64,000 nt of DNA from the IMG/VR virus record IMGVR_UViG_3300035564_000075, positions 1 to 64,000 of that record, one strand, 5' to 3'. The number at the start of each line of letters is the position of its first letter. The stretch's first letter is position 1. Both the position numbers and the translations under genes were made by a program. Below are positions 45,900 to 56,849 of this stretch, piece after piece. The notes beneath the pieces are model-generated. The model saw only the letters and a list, made by a program, of their open reading frames with translations, did no database searches and was not told where the DNA came from. The DNA is from a virus.

Positions 45900-46673
45900 T
45901 TAGCTTGCACCATCAACAATGTGATACCAGCCACGGATAAATTTCTTCACTTCCTCATGGTTTTCGAGCATGTACTTGGGAGCAAACTCATCGCCCATGG
46001 CGGTCTTGATTTGCTCGGGAGTAAACTCACCCTCCAGTTCCTTGACAAGGCGCATCTTACCTTCATGCAAAGAAGGATCTGTAGCAGGTGCCTTAGCTTG
46101 AGCAGGCTTCTGTGTAGCTTCTGCTTTCTTAGCAGGCTCTGCCTTAGTAGCAGGTACAACGGCGGGACCCTCATCGGTTACTTCCTCTCCAGGAGTAGGT
46201 TCGTAACCTGCCAGTTGCATAATCCAAGAGAAACCCAGTCGGAATGCTTTGCCAGTAGCTCGGGTGATTGCCATGGAACGCACTGCATAATCGGCAGCAC
46301 TTGCCCAATGACTTTCCTTGCGAGTGCAGATAGCAGATGAACCACCTATCTTCATGCCATCGCTTGCGCGAATAAGATCCACATAGGCTTCCCAACCACC
46401 CTCTATGGGGAGTACACGGTTCTCTACTGGCAAGATGCCCAACATAGCACCCAGTGTATTCCAGCCTTCCACGAATACATACTTCTTTTCCTTGATTTGC
46501 TTGAACAGCTTCTTGGTGTCAATGATCTTACCCAACTCGGTTGCTATTGCACTAGCACGTGCTACAATCTCCTGCGGCTTGGTAGGAATAGCACCCAACA
46601 TAACATCATCATGTACCAAAACAATCTCACCCTCAACGTGCTCAACAGGGGTACCAGTCTCAGCAATACTCAT
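45900..46673 (-). CDS. single-strand annealing recombinase (Rad52/ERF-like superfamily)
   Basis: YVFVEGW, SMAITRATGKAFR, PTPGEE followed by disordered linker. Confidence 0.65.
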   Translation of the reverse strand: MSIAETGTPVEHVEGEIVLVHDDVMLGAIPTKPQEIVARASAIATELGKIIDTKKLFKQIKEKKYVFVEGWNTLGAMLGILPVENRVLPIEGGWEAYVDLIRASDGMKIGGSSAICTRKESHWASAADYAVRSMAITRATGKAFRLGFSWIMQLAGYEPTPGEEVTDEGPAVVPATKAEPAKKAEATQKPAQAKAPATDPSLHEGKMRLVKELEGEFTPEQIKTAMGDEFAPKYMLENHEEVKKFIRGWYHIVDGAS

Positions 46674-46674
46674 T

Positions 46675-47124
46675 TTATATCTCCTTTAGGCCAAGGGCCT
46701 CGAATCTCTGAAGTGCTTCTTTGCCAACTGTAGGCCAGATAGCAGACATCCTTTGCAACCAATTGTGTACAGGTTCATACCTTTCCCATCCGACTAAATA
46801 TGTTGCGGCTTGCCTAAAGGCTTCATCCCCACCAATGCCACCAGTATGTTTGCATGTCAGTGTATTGTGATGCCTTATCACGCAATTATATCTGGAGTTT
46901 ATCAAGTCACCATCACGTAGCCCTCTTACATGCCCCTTACTGATAAGAGCTTCATGCATATCTGCATCAGCCATAAGAACTGGCATTCCACAGAATGGAC
47001 ACAGTGGTGCAAATGCACGCACTTCTGGTTTATAGACAGAGCGAGTGCCGTATATGTCACTCTTTAAGAGTTGTCGAGAGTTCACGGATAAGCCCATCAG
47101 ACTTGCCTCCTTGGATCTGGTCAA
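46675..47124 (-). CDS. HNH/NinG-like nuclease
   Basis: CPFCG..DMHE..NC..H..C.H. Confidence 0.5.
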   Translation of the reverse strand: MTRSKEASLMGLSVNSRQLLKSDIYGTRSVYKPEVRAFAPLCPFCGMPVLMADADMHEALISKGHVRGLRDGDLINSRYNCVIRHHNTLTCKHTGGIGGDEAFRQAATYLVGWERYEPVHNWLQRMSAIWPTVGKEALQRFEALGLKEI

Positions 47125-47351
47125 TTATCACACTAACCTGCTTTTTTGTCAACTGTTTTGAGCTACCAATATCCTTGCCAGATAGCACTCTCAGGATACC
47201 TATTCTCAGATAACGCATAGTCTTGGTCTTGTTCTTCGCAAGCACCAGCATAGGAGCAAGCGCATCACCAATAAGCATGTTCATCAAGAGAAGCTGTTTG
47301 TCAGACGGTTCTTGGAATCTGTCATCTCCTGCTGATAGCCTTCGTATAGCT

Positions 47352-47621
47352 TCAATCAGTTGCTGAAGTCTCAGGGATCTCATAGTCTAGACTCCTTAGT
47401 TTGTCTAATCCCTTCTCGGTAAGTCTCCAATAACCCTTCTTGTTCTTGGTTATTGGCTCAATAAAACCTTTATTACGCACCAGCACCAGACCTTGCTGGA
47501 CAGTACCGATAGACTTCCCCAGTCTATCAGCCATCTGTCTGTAGCTAAGTCCCTCATATAGAGACCACATTAGCTCTTCATCACGCCTTGCATCCTCCTT
47601 GATCCTGATTTGAACGGTCAT
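47352..47621 (-). CDS. winged-helix DNA-binding protein
   Basis: SYRQMADRLGKSIGTVQQGL..KGFI..LTEKG. Confidence 0.75.
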   Translation of the reverse strand: MTVQIRIKEDARRDEELMWSLYEGLSYRQMADRLGKSIGTVQQGLVLVRNKGFIEPITKNKKGYWRLTEKGLDKLRSLDYEIPETSATD

Positions 47622-47985
47622 AGTTTCTCCTACTGCACCTTGCCTCTTCCGAGTAAGGCCAGTTGTTGGATTCTAGTTTCATGGTTGATTACACCTTGCA
47701 CACGCAGTTCTTCGATCGTGTGCGCCCAGACAACTTCTCCAGGCAATACCGATAGCGCAGCACTATACTCGGGGCTATCCAGAGCACCCACTACGCCATA
47801 CATAGTGAAGAGATTGACACCATTTACCAGAGTGCGCATCATAACCCAACTGATTTCACTATCTTTAGGAAAGTTTGTTTCTGGCATATGTAGCATTTTA
47901 CCTGCTTTCTGATGAATCTGCAAGCCCCAGTCTATGAGCCTGCTGGATATGTTCACAAGTTTCATACCAATAAAAGTCTTGAACA

Positions 47986-48555
47986 TTATCTGTCCTTGGG
48001 AAGGTGCCTAAGCTGTCCCATCGATCGGGCAATAGCTATCTTTGATTTGAAGAACTCCGTTAGGTTTTCCTCTACGTGTAAGGCTGTTGCAAGTATACCA
48101 GCACCATTCACTCTATTGAACTTGAAGTCAGGATTTACTTGTTTCGCATCTGGATGCTGTGTAGCATTGTAAAGCTGGAATATCTTGGCACGTAGGAATA
48201 CTTCAGCAGGATCGTTTCTGGTGGAATCTTCCATCGTGAACATTGGATACACCTGCTGTACATACTGGAACACAGCGCCCATAGGATGGGTTGCAAAGCC
48301 AATGGCAGTAATGATTGCCGCCCTTGCATCATCCAGATTGTCAGTAGCAGTAAAGGCAAAGGATGCTTTGATTGCACCCTGTGTACCCTTGGGGCGTATC
48401 ATCCACTTACATGCAAAATTAGGTGGTTGAGAAAGTTCTACGTGAATCTCAATCTTGTCATACTCCAGCTTGATAAAATCAAGACAGTCCTTTACAACCT
48501 GCTCTATCTTATCTTCATAGGGTTTCAAGTCAATAATCGTTTCACCGTCACTCAT
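47986..48555 (-). CDS. hypothetical protein
   Basis: 189-aa ORF, GAGG RBS. Confidence 0.6.
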   Translation of the reverse strand: MSDGETIIDLKPYEDKIEQVVKDCLDFIKLEYDKIEIHVELSQPPNFACKWMIRPKGTQGAIKASFAFTATDNLDDARAAIITAIGFATHPMGAVFQYVQQVYPMFTMEDSTRNDPAEVFLRAKIFQLYNATQHPDAKQVNPDFKFNRVNGAGILATALHVEENLTEFFKSKIAIARSMGQLRHLPKDR

Positions 48556-48556
48556 A

Positions 48557-48949
48557 TTAGCCTCGCTTCATCTTCTTTGTTTGTACTAGATAAATAATCG
48601 CTTGTTCAAGTAGTTCAATATCATCATGGAAATTTCCCAGTCCAACATTGCAGTTGTGACAAAGCAAGCCCCTAATGATTCCATCCTCATGGTTATGATC
48701 TACAAATAGATGTTCTCTAGATTCAATTTGATGCTCTCCACATATTGCACACCTTCCTTCTTGTTCTTCAAAAAGTCTGTTATATTCTTCTGAAGAAATT
48801 CCATATGTACCTTTAAGATACCTTTCTCTATTTCTGTCTGGGGTACGAGATTTATTGTTCCATCTCTTGAATCTATCTTTGTTCTCCTTATAATATCTTC
48901 TTGCATTTACTCTTCTCTTTGCAAGAACTTCTTCATGTGTTTGCCTCAT
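48557..48949 (-). CDS. endonuclease VII-family protein
   Basis: QEGRCAICG..VDHNH..IRGLLCHNCNVGLG. Confidence 0.9.
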   Translation of the reverse strand: MRQTHEEVLAKRRVNARRYYKENKDRFKRWNNKSRTPDRNRERYLKGTYGISSEEYNRLFEEQEGRCAICGEHQIESREHLFVDHNHEDGIIRGLLCHNCNVGLGNFHDDIELLEQAIIYLVQTKKMKRG

Positions 48950-48957
48950 AATAACTC

Positions 48958-49857
48958 CTATTGACGCAATTCAGGTTGAGTATTTCTAATTGCTTCGTCT
49001 TCTTTAGAGGTTCCAATTAAGCTCAGATCCAGGATAGGCATGTCTTTGATAAGGGAATGCGCACCATTGAATGCAAGGGTGATTGTCTGTCCACCTACCC
49101 ATACACGACCAGGAAGAATGTGAATGTCGATAGAGCCTTCCACTTCTTCCTTACGAACATGGTCTACTGTAGGTACAATTTCCAATGCACCATCGCAATC
49201 TTTATATACAGTTCTACTGCCATGCGCCTTACCCTGCTCGTTCATCTGGTAAACCACGATGAATGTGCGCTTCTTACCGGCATTGGCAGCAGCGTTTCTG
49301 CCAGCAATAAACTTTCTGGAGATAGACTCCAGCCTTGTAGATTCATTGATTTGCCTAGAGTTATCAGTCATCAGTTGCAAGTAATCGATGATGGTAAATC
49401 TGGCATCGTCTTCATTGGCCTTGGCAATTATCTGGTCAGCAGTGTTTACCGCATCTTCAATCCAAAGGTCAGTACTGCGTAGCATCTTCTGGCTTTGTTC
49501 CAAGTCCTTGAATTGTGGTTCATATAGTGACAAGTCTCTAATCATTGTGCGGTCTGCCAGCTTAGTACCATGCACCAATGCTCTGGTGCCCATGCTAGCC
49601 TTGATTTCTTCCAGTTGGAAGTAATCAGTTCTGCCATGGGTACCCAGTACCATAGCCAAGTGCATAGCAAAGGTGGTCTTAGCAGACTTGTGGGGTCCAC
49701 CTATTACATAATAGGCATTGTCCAGTATGCCACCAATGCGACGATCGAGGTCCCGAAGGTTGGTCTTGATAGGACGATATTCTTCAGGGTGCTCCATCTG
49801 CCTCTTCCAGAGTTCTATATTCTGTGCAGCGATTTCGTCTATTCGTTGGATAGTCAT
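48958..49857 (-). CDS. DnaB-like replicative helicase (ATPase domain only)
   Basis: TNLRDLD, GGPHKSAKT, QLEE, IIDYLQL. Confidence 0.8.
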   Translation of the reverse strand: MTIQRIDEIAAQNIELWKRQMEHPEEYRPIKTNLRDLDRRIGGILDNAYYVIGGPHKSAKTTFAMHLAMVLGTHGRTDYFQLEEIKASMGTRALVHGTKLADRTMIRDLSLYEPQFKDLEQSQKMLRSTDLWIEDAVNTADQIIAKANEDDARFTIIDYLQLMTDNSRQINESTRLESISRKFIAGRNAAANAGKKRTFIVVYQMNEQGKAHGSRTVYKDCDGALEIVPTVDHVRKEEVEGSIDIHILPGRVWVGGQTITLAFNGAHSLIKDMPILDLSLIGTSKEDEAIRNTQPELRQ

Positions 49858-50648
49858 ACGTTTAGAGTCCTTTGTGCATCAGGTAGGCGATAGTCAGCAC
49901 CGTCAACCATAAAGCGTCGGCAGATTGTACGATCACCAATTCGGCTTGCAATTCTTCTTATTGCAATGTCGGGGCTATTGAATACCCCAACATCATTACT
50001 GGTAATCACAGTAGGGAATTCGGCGCTATTGAGATAGCGATTGTCTATTACAGCAGCCAATGCATCTGTACTCATACTGGATTGATGTTCCAACCCCCAG
50101 TCATCCAGTAGTAAGATAGGCACCTTGGACACGAATTCCACATACTCTTCATAGCTACCGTCTTTCAAGCCACCAAACACTCTGGATTGAAAGTCAGCAA
50201 CAGATACATAGAAGGCCATCTTAGGCATAGCAGTTTTGATAGAGCGCAAGATATGTGTCTTGCCAGTACCATTACCACCGAACATAGAGATCCATGTATT
50301 AGGTTGCTTCATCCATCTTTCAATGAAGTCCAACATCTTGGCAAACTCCAACCATTGTGCATCATAGATCTTCTGCCTAGATGGAGTCTTAGATGTGAGT
50401 GGTCCGAGATCCTTTAGATAGGCAGGCTTCAGTGGATATTCATACTGCTTGAAAGATTCTTCTTGCCTATCCATCCATTGTAGAGTAGAGCACAGGCAGT
50501 ACATTCCATTCTCCAGAATCTTCCAACCCTGGCAAATAGGACATACATCTTCGGTAGAAGTGTAATCCAGTTCTATGCCTTTGTATTTCTCTGGAGATGC
50601 CAATCTTTGTAGCACCCAGTAGTTATAGGATAGCATGCGAGATGGCAT
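49854..50648 (-). CDS. DnaC/IstB-like helicase loader
   Basis: GGNGTGKT, LLDDWG, TVITSN, RIASRI; CxxC..CxC. Confidence 0.88.
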   Translation of the reverse strand: MPSRMLSYNYWVLQRLASPEKYKGIELDYTSTEDVCPICQGWKILENGMYCLCSTLQWMDRQEESFKQYEYPLKPAYLKDLGPLTSKTPSRQKIYDAQWLEFAKMLDFIERWMKQPNTWISMFGGNGTGKTHILRSIKTAMPKMAFYVSVADFQSRVFGGLKDGSYEEYVEFVSKVPILLLDDWGLEHQSSMSTDALAAVIDNRYLNSAEFPTVITSNDVGVFNSPDIAIRRIASRIGDRTICRRFMVDGADYRLPDAQRTLNV

Positions 50649-51067
50649 TACTCCTCCGATTCGAATATCTTTTTGAAGTCCATATCAGGTATAGAATTTC
50701 TGCGTTCTTCCAGCCATTGCTTGCGCATCCTGGCAGTAGTATCAATCCTTTTATCGTTGTCCTCAATGAAATGCATCAGGCTTGCAAACCTTACATCTAT
50801 CTGTCTTGCATTCTTCTTGATGGCCCAATCAATGCAGAACTGAATCCATCGCTTGAATAAATAGGACTCTTCAGTTGCGCCTATTGCTTTCTGTTCCAGC
50901 CTATCCCATTCTTCAAACTCTGAACCAACTTTGCGCTGTCCTGCAAAGAACTTCTTACCGCAGGCCATAAGACCTTGTTTCGCCAAGTCGGATTTCGGGA
51001 TAGACCAAGATGGGCGCTTACCCCCAATAACAAACTCTTCATCTGGATCGTAAGAGCCAATTCCCAT
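50648..51067 (-). CDS. hypothetical protein (replication initiator region)
   Basis: stop/start coupled to loader; GGAG RBS. Confidence 0.55.
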   Translation of the reverse strand: MGIGSYDPDEEFVIGGKRPSWSIPKSDLAKQGLMACGKKFFAGQRKVGSEFEEWDRLEQKAIGATEESYLFKRWIQFCIDWAIKKNARQIDVRFASLMHFIEDNDKRIDTTARMRKQWLEERRNSIPDMDFKKIFESEE

Positions 51068-51543
51068 AGGGTTCTCCTTTCTCTAAACTCTTCAAGAGTA
51101 TAACGCAACTTCAACCCCCTGTCAATGTTTCTAAGCATAGACTTTATCGCTCTATCAGATGGACGTAGGTCACGCAGTATACCACCTTCATATGGTTCGG
51201 GATCTTCCTGCGTGAGCATGACATCGTAGCTCATCTGGTCTTTAGGAATGTGCCAACGATAGTGTCTCTTTCCTACTAGGAAAGTCATAGAGATTAGGTA
51301 GTTGGTGGAGTAGATTCCACTCCAGCCACATCTATCACAACCTTCGCCATCGCAACTCCAGCACTCATTCGTCTGCACGTGCTCTACCACATACTTGGAG
51401 TAGCCATGCTGGTAGAGATAGCGCATTAGTTGCTCTTTCAGATCATAGACTTCTTCTTTATCAGGCAGGAAACCAGTACGAACTATGTTGTTCAGCACGA
51501 ACATGTCTTGTGCCATTGAAGCAAGGGTGAGTGGTATTCTCAT
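50881..51543 (-). CDS. hypothetical protein with CxxCxGxG..CxxC zinc motif
   Basis: CWSCDGEGCDRCG; 3' end overlaps the next gene. Confidence 0.55.
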   Translation of the reverse strand: MRIPLTLASMAQDMFVLNNIVRTGFLPDKEEVYDLKEQLMRYLYQHGYSKYVVEHVQTNECWSCDGEGCDRCGWSGIYSTNYLISMTFLVGKRHYRWHIPKDQMSYDVMLTQEDPEPYEGGILRDLRPSDRAIKSMLRNIDRGLKLRYTLEEFRERRTLWELALTIQMKSLLLGVSAHLGLSRNPTWRNKVLWPAVRSSLQDSAKLVQSLKNGIGWNRKQ

Positions 51544-51971
51544 AGTCCTGGCTGGAAAGAGATTGAAAATTCTCTATTCCCTTTGCCGTACTCATCACAG
51601 TTCCAGGTTACAAGCCACCAACCCAACCAGATAGAACAGATATGGGAACACAGATCAACTTGCCAGATCAATGGATACTTCCAGAATTTCTTCATGGTTC
51701 CAATCCTAATAGCTTCTGTTGTTTCTGTACAAACTCTGCCAGTCTTACCATGAATATCTTTGCCTTTGCTTCTTCCCCTTCAGGAAATGGGAACTCAAGA
51801 GATACATACGGCCATGTTCTTGAGCCACCAAACGCTTCAGGACCACTGCCATTATACTTATTCGATATTACTATCTGTATGGCATTTCCAAATACAGCTT
51901 TGCCACATATCCCACGACGAATCAGTTCCTCTTCGCCTCTGAGATGGTCTAATGTCCACTTCTTATCCATA

Positions 51972-52298
51972 TCAGCAATCCATTGGATCGAAGTCTACGC
52001 ATTTATCACAACCACCATCACATGGATCGGGAGGTCTACATTCTTCTGGCTTGATATAACCATTGTCCCTTGCCCATTTATCCAGCGCTTCACGTGGTGC
52101 AAGTTCTTCTACGGGAGGATTGCATACTGGGCAACATTCTACATGACATGGATTGTCACAGTCGCATGCAACGTTATCTATAAAAGGTAATCCCTTCTTC
52201 TCTCTAGCATGGTTCGGACAAGTTTTATCGTGGAAGAAGTGTATTTCATCTGAATCAGTTTCAATGCGCTTGTGGCAAATAACACATTTGGTATACAC
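51972..52298 (-). CDS. Cys-rich hypothetical protein
   Basis: numerous Cys in 108 aa. Confidence 0.55.
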   Translation of the reverse strand: MYTKCVICHKRIETDSDEIHFFHDKTCPNHAREKKGLPFIDNVACDCDNPCHVECCPVCNPPVEELAPREALDKWARDNGYIKPEECRPPDPCDGGCDKCVDFDPMDC

Positions 52299-52535
52299 CT
52301 TAGACTCCTAACCCAGTATCGATGTAGTATAGTATGCCAGTCCATCCATGCTCCCCCTCATCGACTGACATATCATAAGCCTTGATGCCAAAAGTAGACA
52401 GGCGTGAAGCTTCATGTCGTAGGCGCGTCATGGCTTCATACTGATCTTTGCCAGAGACTTCTTTAGATTTCTCGTTCACATTCTTTGGAACTCTTGTTGT
52501 GTCCATATTAGCTCCTTGGGGTATTTAGTATACAC

Positions 52536-53102
52536 CTATTCCTTTTCACTGTCAATCCATATCTGTTGTCGTAACCATTCTGTTGCACCGCTGAATCCTA
52601 CCACTCTGGTTCCGGTTGTGGGATTAGTCCATGTTGCTCTATTCCATGGCTGGTCAAAGATAAGGCCAAAGCCTGGAAAGCTGGATATATTGTGCAGGCC
52701 ATCATCTATCAGTATGTCAGCACGAATCAGGCTCTTGTCACTTGCCTCTACATAATCGTACTTCGGCTTTTCTATACCAGCAAAGAAGTCATTCCGCATA
52801 AGCCATTCATACTTGGCACCAGCTTCTTTATAGACACTGGTAACAAACACAACACGGTATCCAGAGGCACGCGCAAAGTCAACGAACTTCTTTGCGCCAA
52901 TCTCTGGCAATACATGATCGTATAGACTGGGAATCAGGTACTCAAATATACATGTACCACATTCAGGTTTCATAAACTTCTCGATGTTCCAGGAAGTAAT
53001 GTCCTCTGTTTTCAGATGATCACCATAGTCCAGATTGTATAATGCAAGCCATCTATCTATTGTCTTTGCCACTGTACCGTCAACATCCATCGCTATAATC
53101 AT
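52536..53102 (-). CDS. 5'(3')-deoxyribonucleotidase (NT5C, HAD)
   Basis: IAMDVDGTV, FVTS, K, ILIDD, PWN; AGGAG RBS. Confidence 0.88.
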   Translation of the reverse strand: MIIAMDVDGTVAKTIDRWLALYNLDYGDHLKTEDITSWNIEKFMKPECGTCIFEYLIPSLYDHVLPEIGAKKFVDFARASGYRVVFVTSVYKEAGAKYEWLMRNDFFAGIEKPKYDYVEASDKSLIRADILIDDGLHNISSFPGFGLIFDQPWNRATWTNPTTGTRVVGFSGATEWLRQQIWIDSEKE

Positions 53103-53112
53103 TATGTATCTC

Positions 53113-54156
53113 CTATTGGTATTCGCTCCAGAGAATCTTGCCACTCCATCTGGGTAGCTTGAACATTTCTACAATCCATTTCCTGTCTTTGTGCTCTTTG
53201 ATAATGTAATCATCTATCTTCTCGGGCAGCTTGATGATGCGCAAATCCCTTTGTGCAAATACAGATACGACGCGGTTGATAGCATACTTCTTGCCATCCT
53301 CGAATGCGTCTGGATCTGGGATATACAGGATGTGCTTTGCGGTAATGCCACCAAGAAGGTCTAGGCTTGGAGTCATTGGCAGGCCATACACCTGAATGTT
53401 CACGTTAGAGGCGGTAATGAAAGTCACCATGGCTTTCTTATCACCTTCTGCCAGGATAGCCCAATCGCCTTTGTTCAAGAGTTTACGGTTGGCAATGAAC
53501 ACACCTTCGCCAGTACCACGATACTCTTGACGATAGCGAATGCCATCCTCTCCAGGTTGCATAAGACGGTGCTTGATATTGATTACCTTGCCATCTAGGT
53601 CACAGATAGGAAAAGTCAGAGTGTTACTCTTGAAGCTAACATACTGCTCATTGCCATTCTGTCTCCAGAATACATGTCCTAGGCTTGCGCCTAGACGCCA
53701 ATATGTAAACCATTCTTCCGCCTTTTCTACTGGCATTCCCAGAGATTCAGCCCAGACTTTCTTGGCACCACTATGCCACATGAGATACTTGTGATAGTCC
53801 TCCCACTTCTTTTCAGTGCGTACCACGTTCCTTGCGCGCTGAACAGCCTTGGCATGCTCTGCAATGGCTCTAAGCCTTTCAGCTTCCAGCTTTGCAACAA
53901 GAGCAGGATCTGGCTTGGACTCCTTTGCAGGAGTCCATTTCCAGCCGCAATGTCTGCACCAAGCTAATGGTTTGCCTGTCTTGCGTGACTTCGGCCATAG
54001 CCGTAGTCGATCAGGCCACTCACCATTCTGATGAACCACACCACCACATTGAGGACAAGAGCCTGCCCACTCGAAGCCATGTACAACTTCATGTGCCCAG
54101 TGAACTTGGTCAGCAATTCCTTCAAATTCGATAGGTAGCAATGCACGTTGTCGCAT
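53113..54156 (-). CDS. DNA primase (zinc finger + TOPRIM)
   Basis: CPQCG..WCRHC; AEGDKKA; PDPD. Confidence 0.8.
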   Translation of the reverse strand: MRQRALLPIEFEGIADQVHWAHEVVHGFEWAGSCPQCGGVVHQNGEWPDRLRLWPKSRKTGKPLAWCRHCGWKWTPAKESKPDPALVAKLEAERLRAIAEHAKAVQRARNVVRTEKKWEDYHKYLMWHSGAKKVWAESLGMPVEKAEEWFTYWRLGASLGHVFWRQNGNEQYVSFKSNTLTFPICDLDGKVINIKHRLMQPGEDGIRYRQEYRGTGEGVFIANRKLLNKGDWAILAEGDKKAMVTFITASNVNIQVYGLPMTPSLDLLGGITAKHILYIPDPDAFEDGKKYAINRVVSVFAQRDLRIIKLPEKIDDYIIKEHKDRKWIVEMFKLPRWSGKILWSEYQ

Positions 54157-54271
54157 TTTTCCTTCTTTCCTAATAGGAGTTTTCGATACTCTTCATCTTC
54201 TTGCATCCAGTGAGCCCAACGCCATTGAGTCTGTTCGGGAGACTCTTCATAACCATCATAGATGGGTTCCA

Positions 54272-54570
54272 TTACTCTTCCTTATACCCTTCTAGGTCTG
54301 TCAACCTAAGAACCTCATGTAACAATCTAGTAAACTCTTCAGACTTATAACGTGATTCCTTTGCACCACCGTCGATTGCATTCAAGTGCTTGCCAGTAGT
54401 AGGACCCCAGATATTCTCTCTGACATGCAACTTGCCAGCATATCTAAATGCCACAATGGTCTTGTAGGAATAGTACAGGGTTATCCCCTTATCTCCCCAG
54501 TCTTCCTGTCGTGCATTGGCATTATCTGAACGGTAGTAGTAACATACAGTCGGGAGATTCATTTTTGTTC
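54272..54570 (-). CDS. phage hypothetical protein
   Basis: YYSYKTIVAF..WGPTTGKHLN motif common in phage proteins; start approximate. Confidence 0.55.
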
Positions 54571-54712
54571 CTCTACGAATATAGTACCATCGTTGAGCCA
54601 AACGTAATGTTCATGGTTTGCATCGCATCTCCAGTAGCCACAGAACCACTTCTCGGGTCCCATGGGCAAAAGCCCATGATCACAGTCTGGACATAGTTTA
54701 CCATCAAGATAC

Positions 54713-55180
54713 CTACCTGTCAATGGACGCTGGAAGGTTAGTTCTTTCTTTTGCTTCATCAATGTCCTCCTGCGTAATAAGGATTTCGTCTGCCAGAAAA
54801 CACGATTGTCCTTTACCATCTGGATGTTTTGGACGAACATGACCACGCACTTTACAATGGACAACATATCTATTCTCGGTAATCCTGAACATGCGACTGA
54901 AGAATGCTTCCGCATCTTCTCTGGTATATAGAAAGTGCCATCCTGATTGATACTCTTGTCCATGACTGCCATCAGTAACCATCTTTATGTCAGCCTTGTT
55001 CCATGTTCCTAATAGGAAACTGCGACTACCATCAGTACCATGAAACAAGGATCTCACGTAGCCATACTTGATTTCTACAATCCTATAGCCATCACGTTCT
55101 GCATTCCATGGCATCATGGGCACAGTGAAATGAGTCTTGTGAATCTTATTCTCATCCCAGGGTTGCGGTTTATCATCCAC
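54713..55180 (-). CDS. hypothetical protein, distant relative of the GYKVV family
   Basis: GYRIV..GWHF..A..C..ADEI. Confidence 0.5.
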   Translation of the reverse strand: MDDKPQPWDENKIHKTHFTVPMMPWNAERDGYRIVEIKYGYVRSLFHGTDGSRSFLLGTWNKADIKMVTDGSHGQEYQSGWHFLYTREDAEAFFSRMFRITENRYVVHCKVRGHVRPKHPDGKGQSCFLADEILITQEDIDEAKERTNLPASIDR

Positions 55181-55680
55181 GTGTCACCTTATATCCAGCA
55201 GATTCAAGATACTTTTTCATCTCTTCAATTGCCACTACCCGATCATTGATTACTATGCCAGCACGCTCTATGACAGTTCCCCTTTTGCCAAGGGCGTCAA
55301 AGAACACACTGTTCGATCCCCAAATCCTTATACCAGTGATTTCCCAGTCACCATTTCTTCCAGTTGCCAATCCAATAGTTTTTCTAGGTAAGGTTGTCAT
55401 TGCAAACCCCAATCTATTATGTCATTCTCCATAACAGAATCCAGTGCAGGACTAAGCCACCAGTTGCACAGATCTTCCAGATGTTGAGAATGTGCACTGA
55501 AGGTTATATCATAACCACCAGTTTTACAATGTACAATCTTCAGCTTGGAACGCGGATCATACATATCATAACCATCAAGTTGATCATCGCCAGCACCACA
55601 CGATAGAATTACTCCATCCCTAAGTTCACCCATTAGGTCTTCAGTCAATGCTGGTGCATGGAATTTCAAGAATACTCTCT

Positions 55681-56169
55681 TCATTCTTGTTCTCCTTTCT
55701 TAGCTTTCTGCTGGTTGATAGGCAGTATATCAGGATCTGGCTTGCCAAGGAATTCAGCACCTATGGGTCTTGCCATCAGCACCTGCAAGAATGACTGTGC
55801 AAACAGTTCGTCCCAGTGAGTGTATACTATGCCCTGCAATTCATTGACATCTGCAATCTTCTGGTTCTTATCCAGATTGAATACTGCACTACGCATGAAC
55901 ATGAACAAGCTGGCAAACTCATAGACACTACCACCCTGTAGAGTATTGGGTTTCAGGTCGTTAGCACCACTGACTTTATCTTCACCAGCAGCAACTAGAC
56001 TCTTCCATACCTGCGGAATGAGAATGCCAAAGGCATCCTCGATTGACGCATCAGACTTGCTCAATATGTGGGAGGCTACTATCCTCAATCCCTCCGCCAT
56101 CGATGGGACTAGGTAGTATCCTTTCGCCAACAGATATAGATGTCTCAGTGGATTTAGTGTTTCGGACAC
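55681..56169 (-). CDS. hypothetical protein
   Basis: 162-aa ORF, GGAG RBS. Confidence 0.55.
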   Translation of the reverse strand: MSETLNPLRHLYLLAKGYYLVPSMAEGLRIVASHILSKSDASIEDAFGILIPQVWKSLVAAGEDKVSGANDLKPNTLQGGSVYEFASLFMFMRSAVFNLDKNQKIADVNELQGIVYTHWDELFAQSFLQVLMARPIGAEFLGKPDPDILPINQQKAKKGEQE

Positions 56170-56340
56170 GGTATATCTCCCTTATAACTTCCATTCTGCG
56201 TAACACCCAAGGCTTACAGGTGGCACACAGTTTATCTGCATGCTCTTTCTTTTGAGGGAAAGGAATCTGCAGAAGGTGAGTGCGAATCTTTGCACCTAAC
56301 TGTTCATTCTCTACAATCAGTTCACTAAGTTTGCTCATAG

Positions 56341-56706
56341 CTAATCTTCATCCCAATCTTCGTCATCGTCATCTTCATCAATATCACAGCCACAACGCCA
56401 ATCATCATCGTCCTCTTCCGGATCATCATCATCACCAAAGAGAGCTTTCTCTTCATCTTCATCCTGGTCGTCTTCGTCATCCAGGCGTTCCCACTGTAAC
56501 AATCCCACTGCAACTGCATCAGTCATTACAGATGGGTCCTTGTGAAGATTCCAGAATGTCTCTACTGCCTCTTCCCAGATTTCTCCCTCGGTATATTCAT
56601 CCTCACTAGTATCAGGAAGATGGATATGGACAGTTTCCTCATCCCAAATCTTATGATCGCCAGCGTGACACACAGCCAAATCGACCTTGTAAAATCGCTC
56701 AGTCAT
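56341..56706 (-). CDS. highly acidic protein
   Basis: Asp/Glu-dominated C-terminal half. Confidence 0.65.
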   Translation of the reverse strand: MTERFYKVDLAVCHAGDHKIWDEETVHIHLPDTSEDEYTEGEIWEEAVETFWNLHKDPSVMTDAVAVGLLQWERLDDEDDQDEDEEKALFGDDDDPEEDDDDWRCGCDIDEDDDDEDWDED

Positions 56707-56849
56707 GTTTTTCCTCCGGAGGATATTTCTCTATGCGTTCCCAATACTTGTCTTCGGGGACATCTAATTCAAAGTTCTCGTCTATACTTTTCAGTTCATA
56801 GATTGTTTTGCACTCATCACATTGCCATACAGAACCTTCCCCAACAAGG

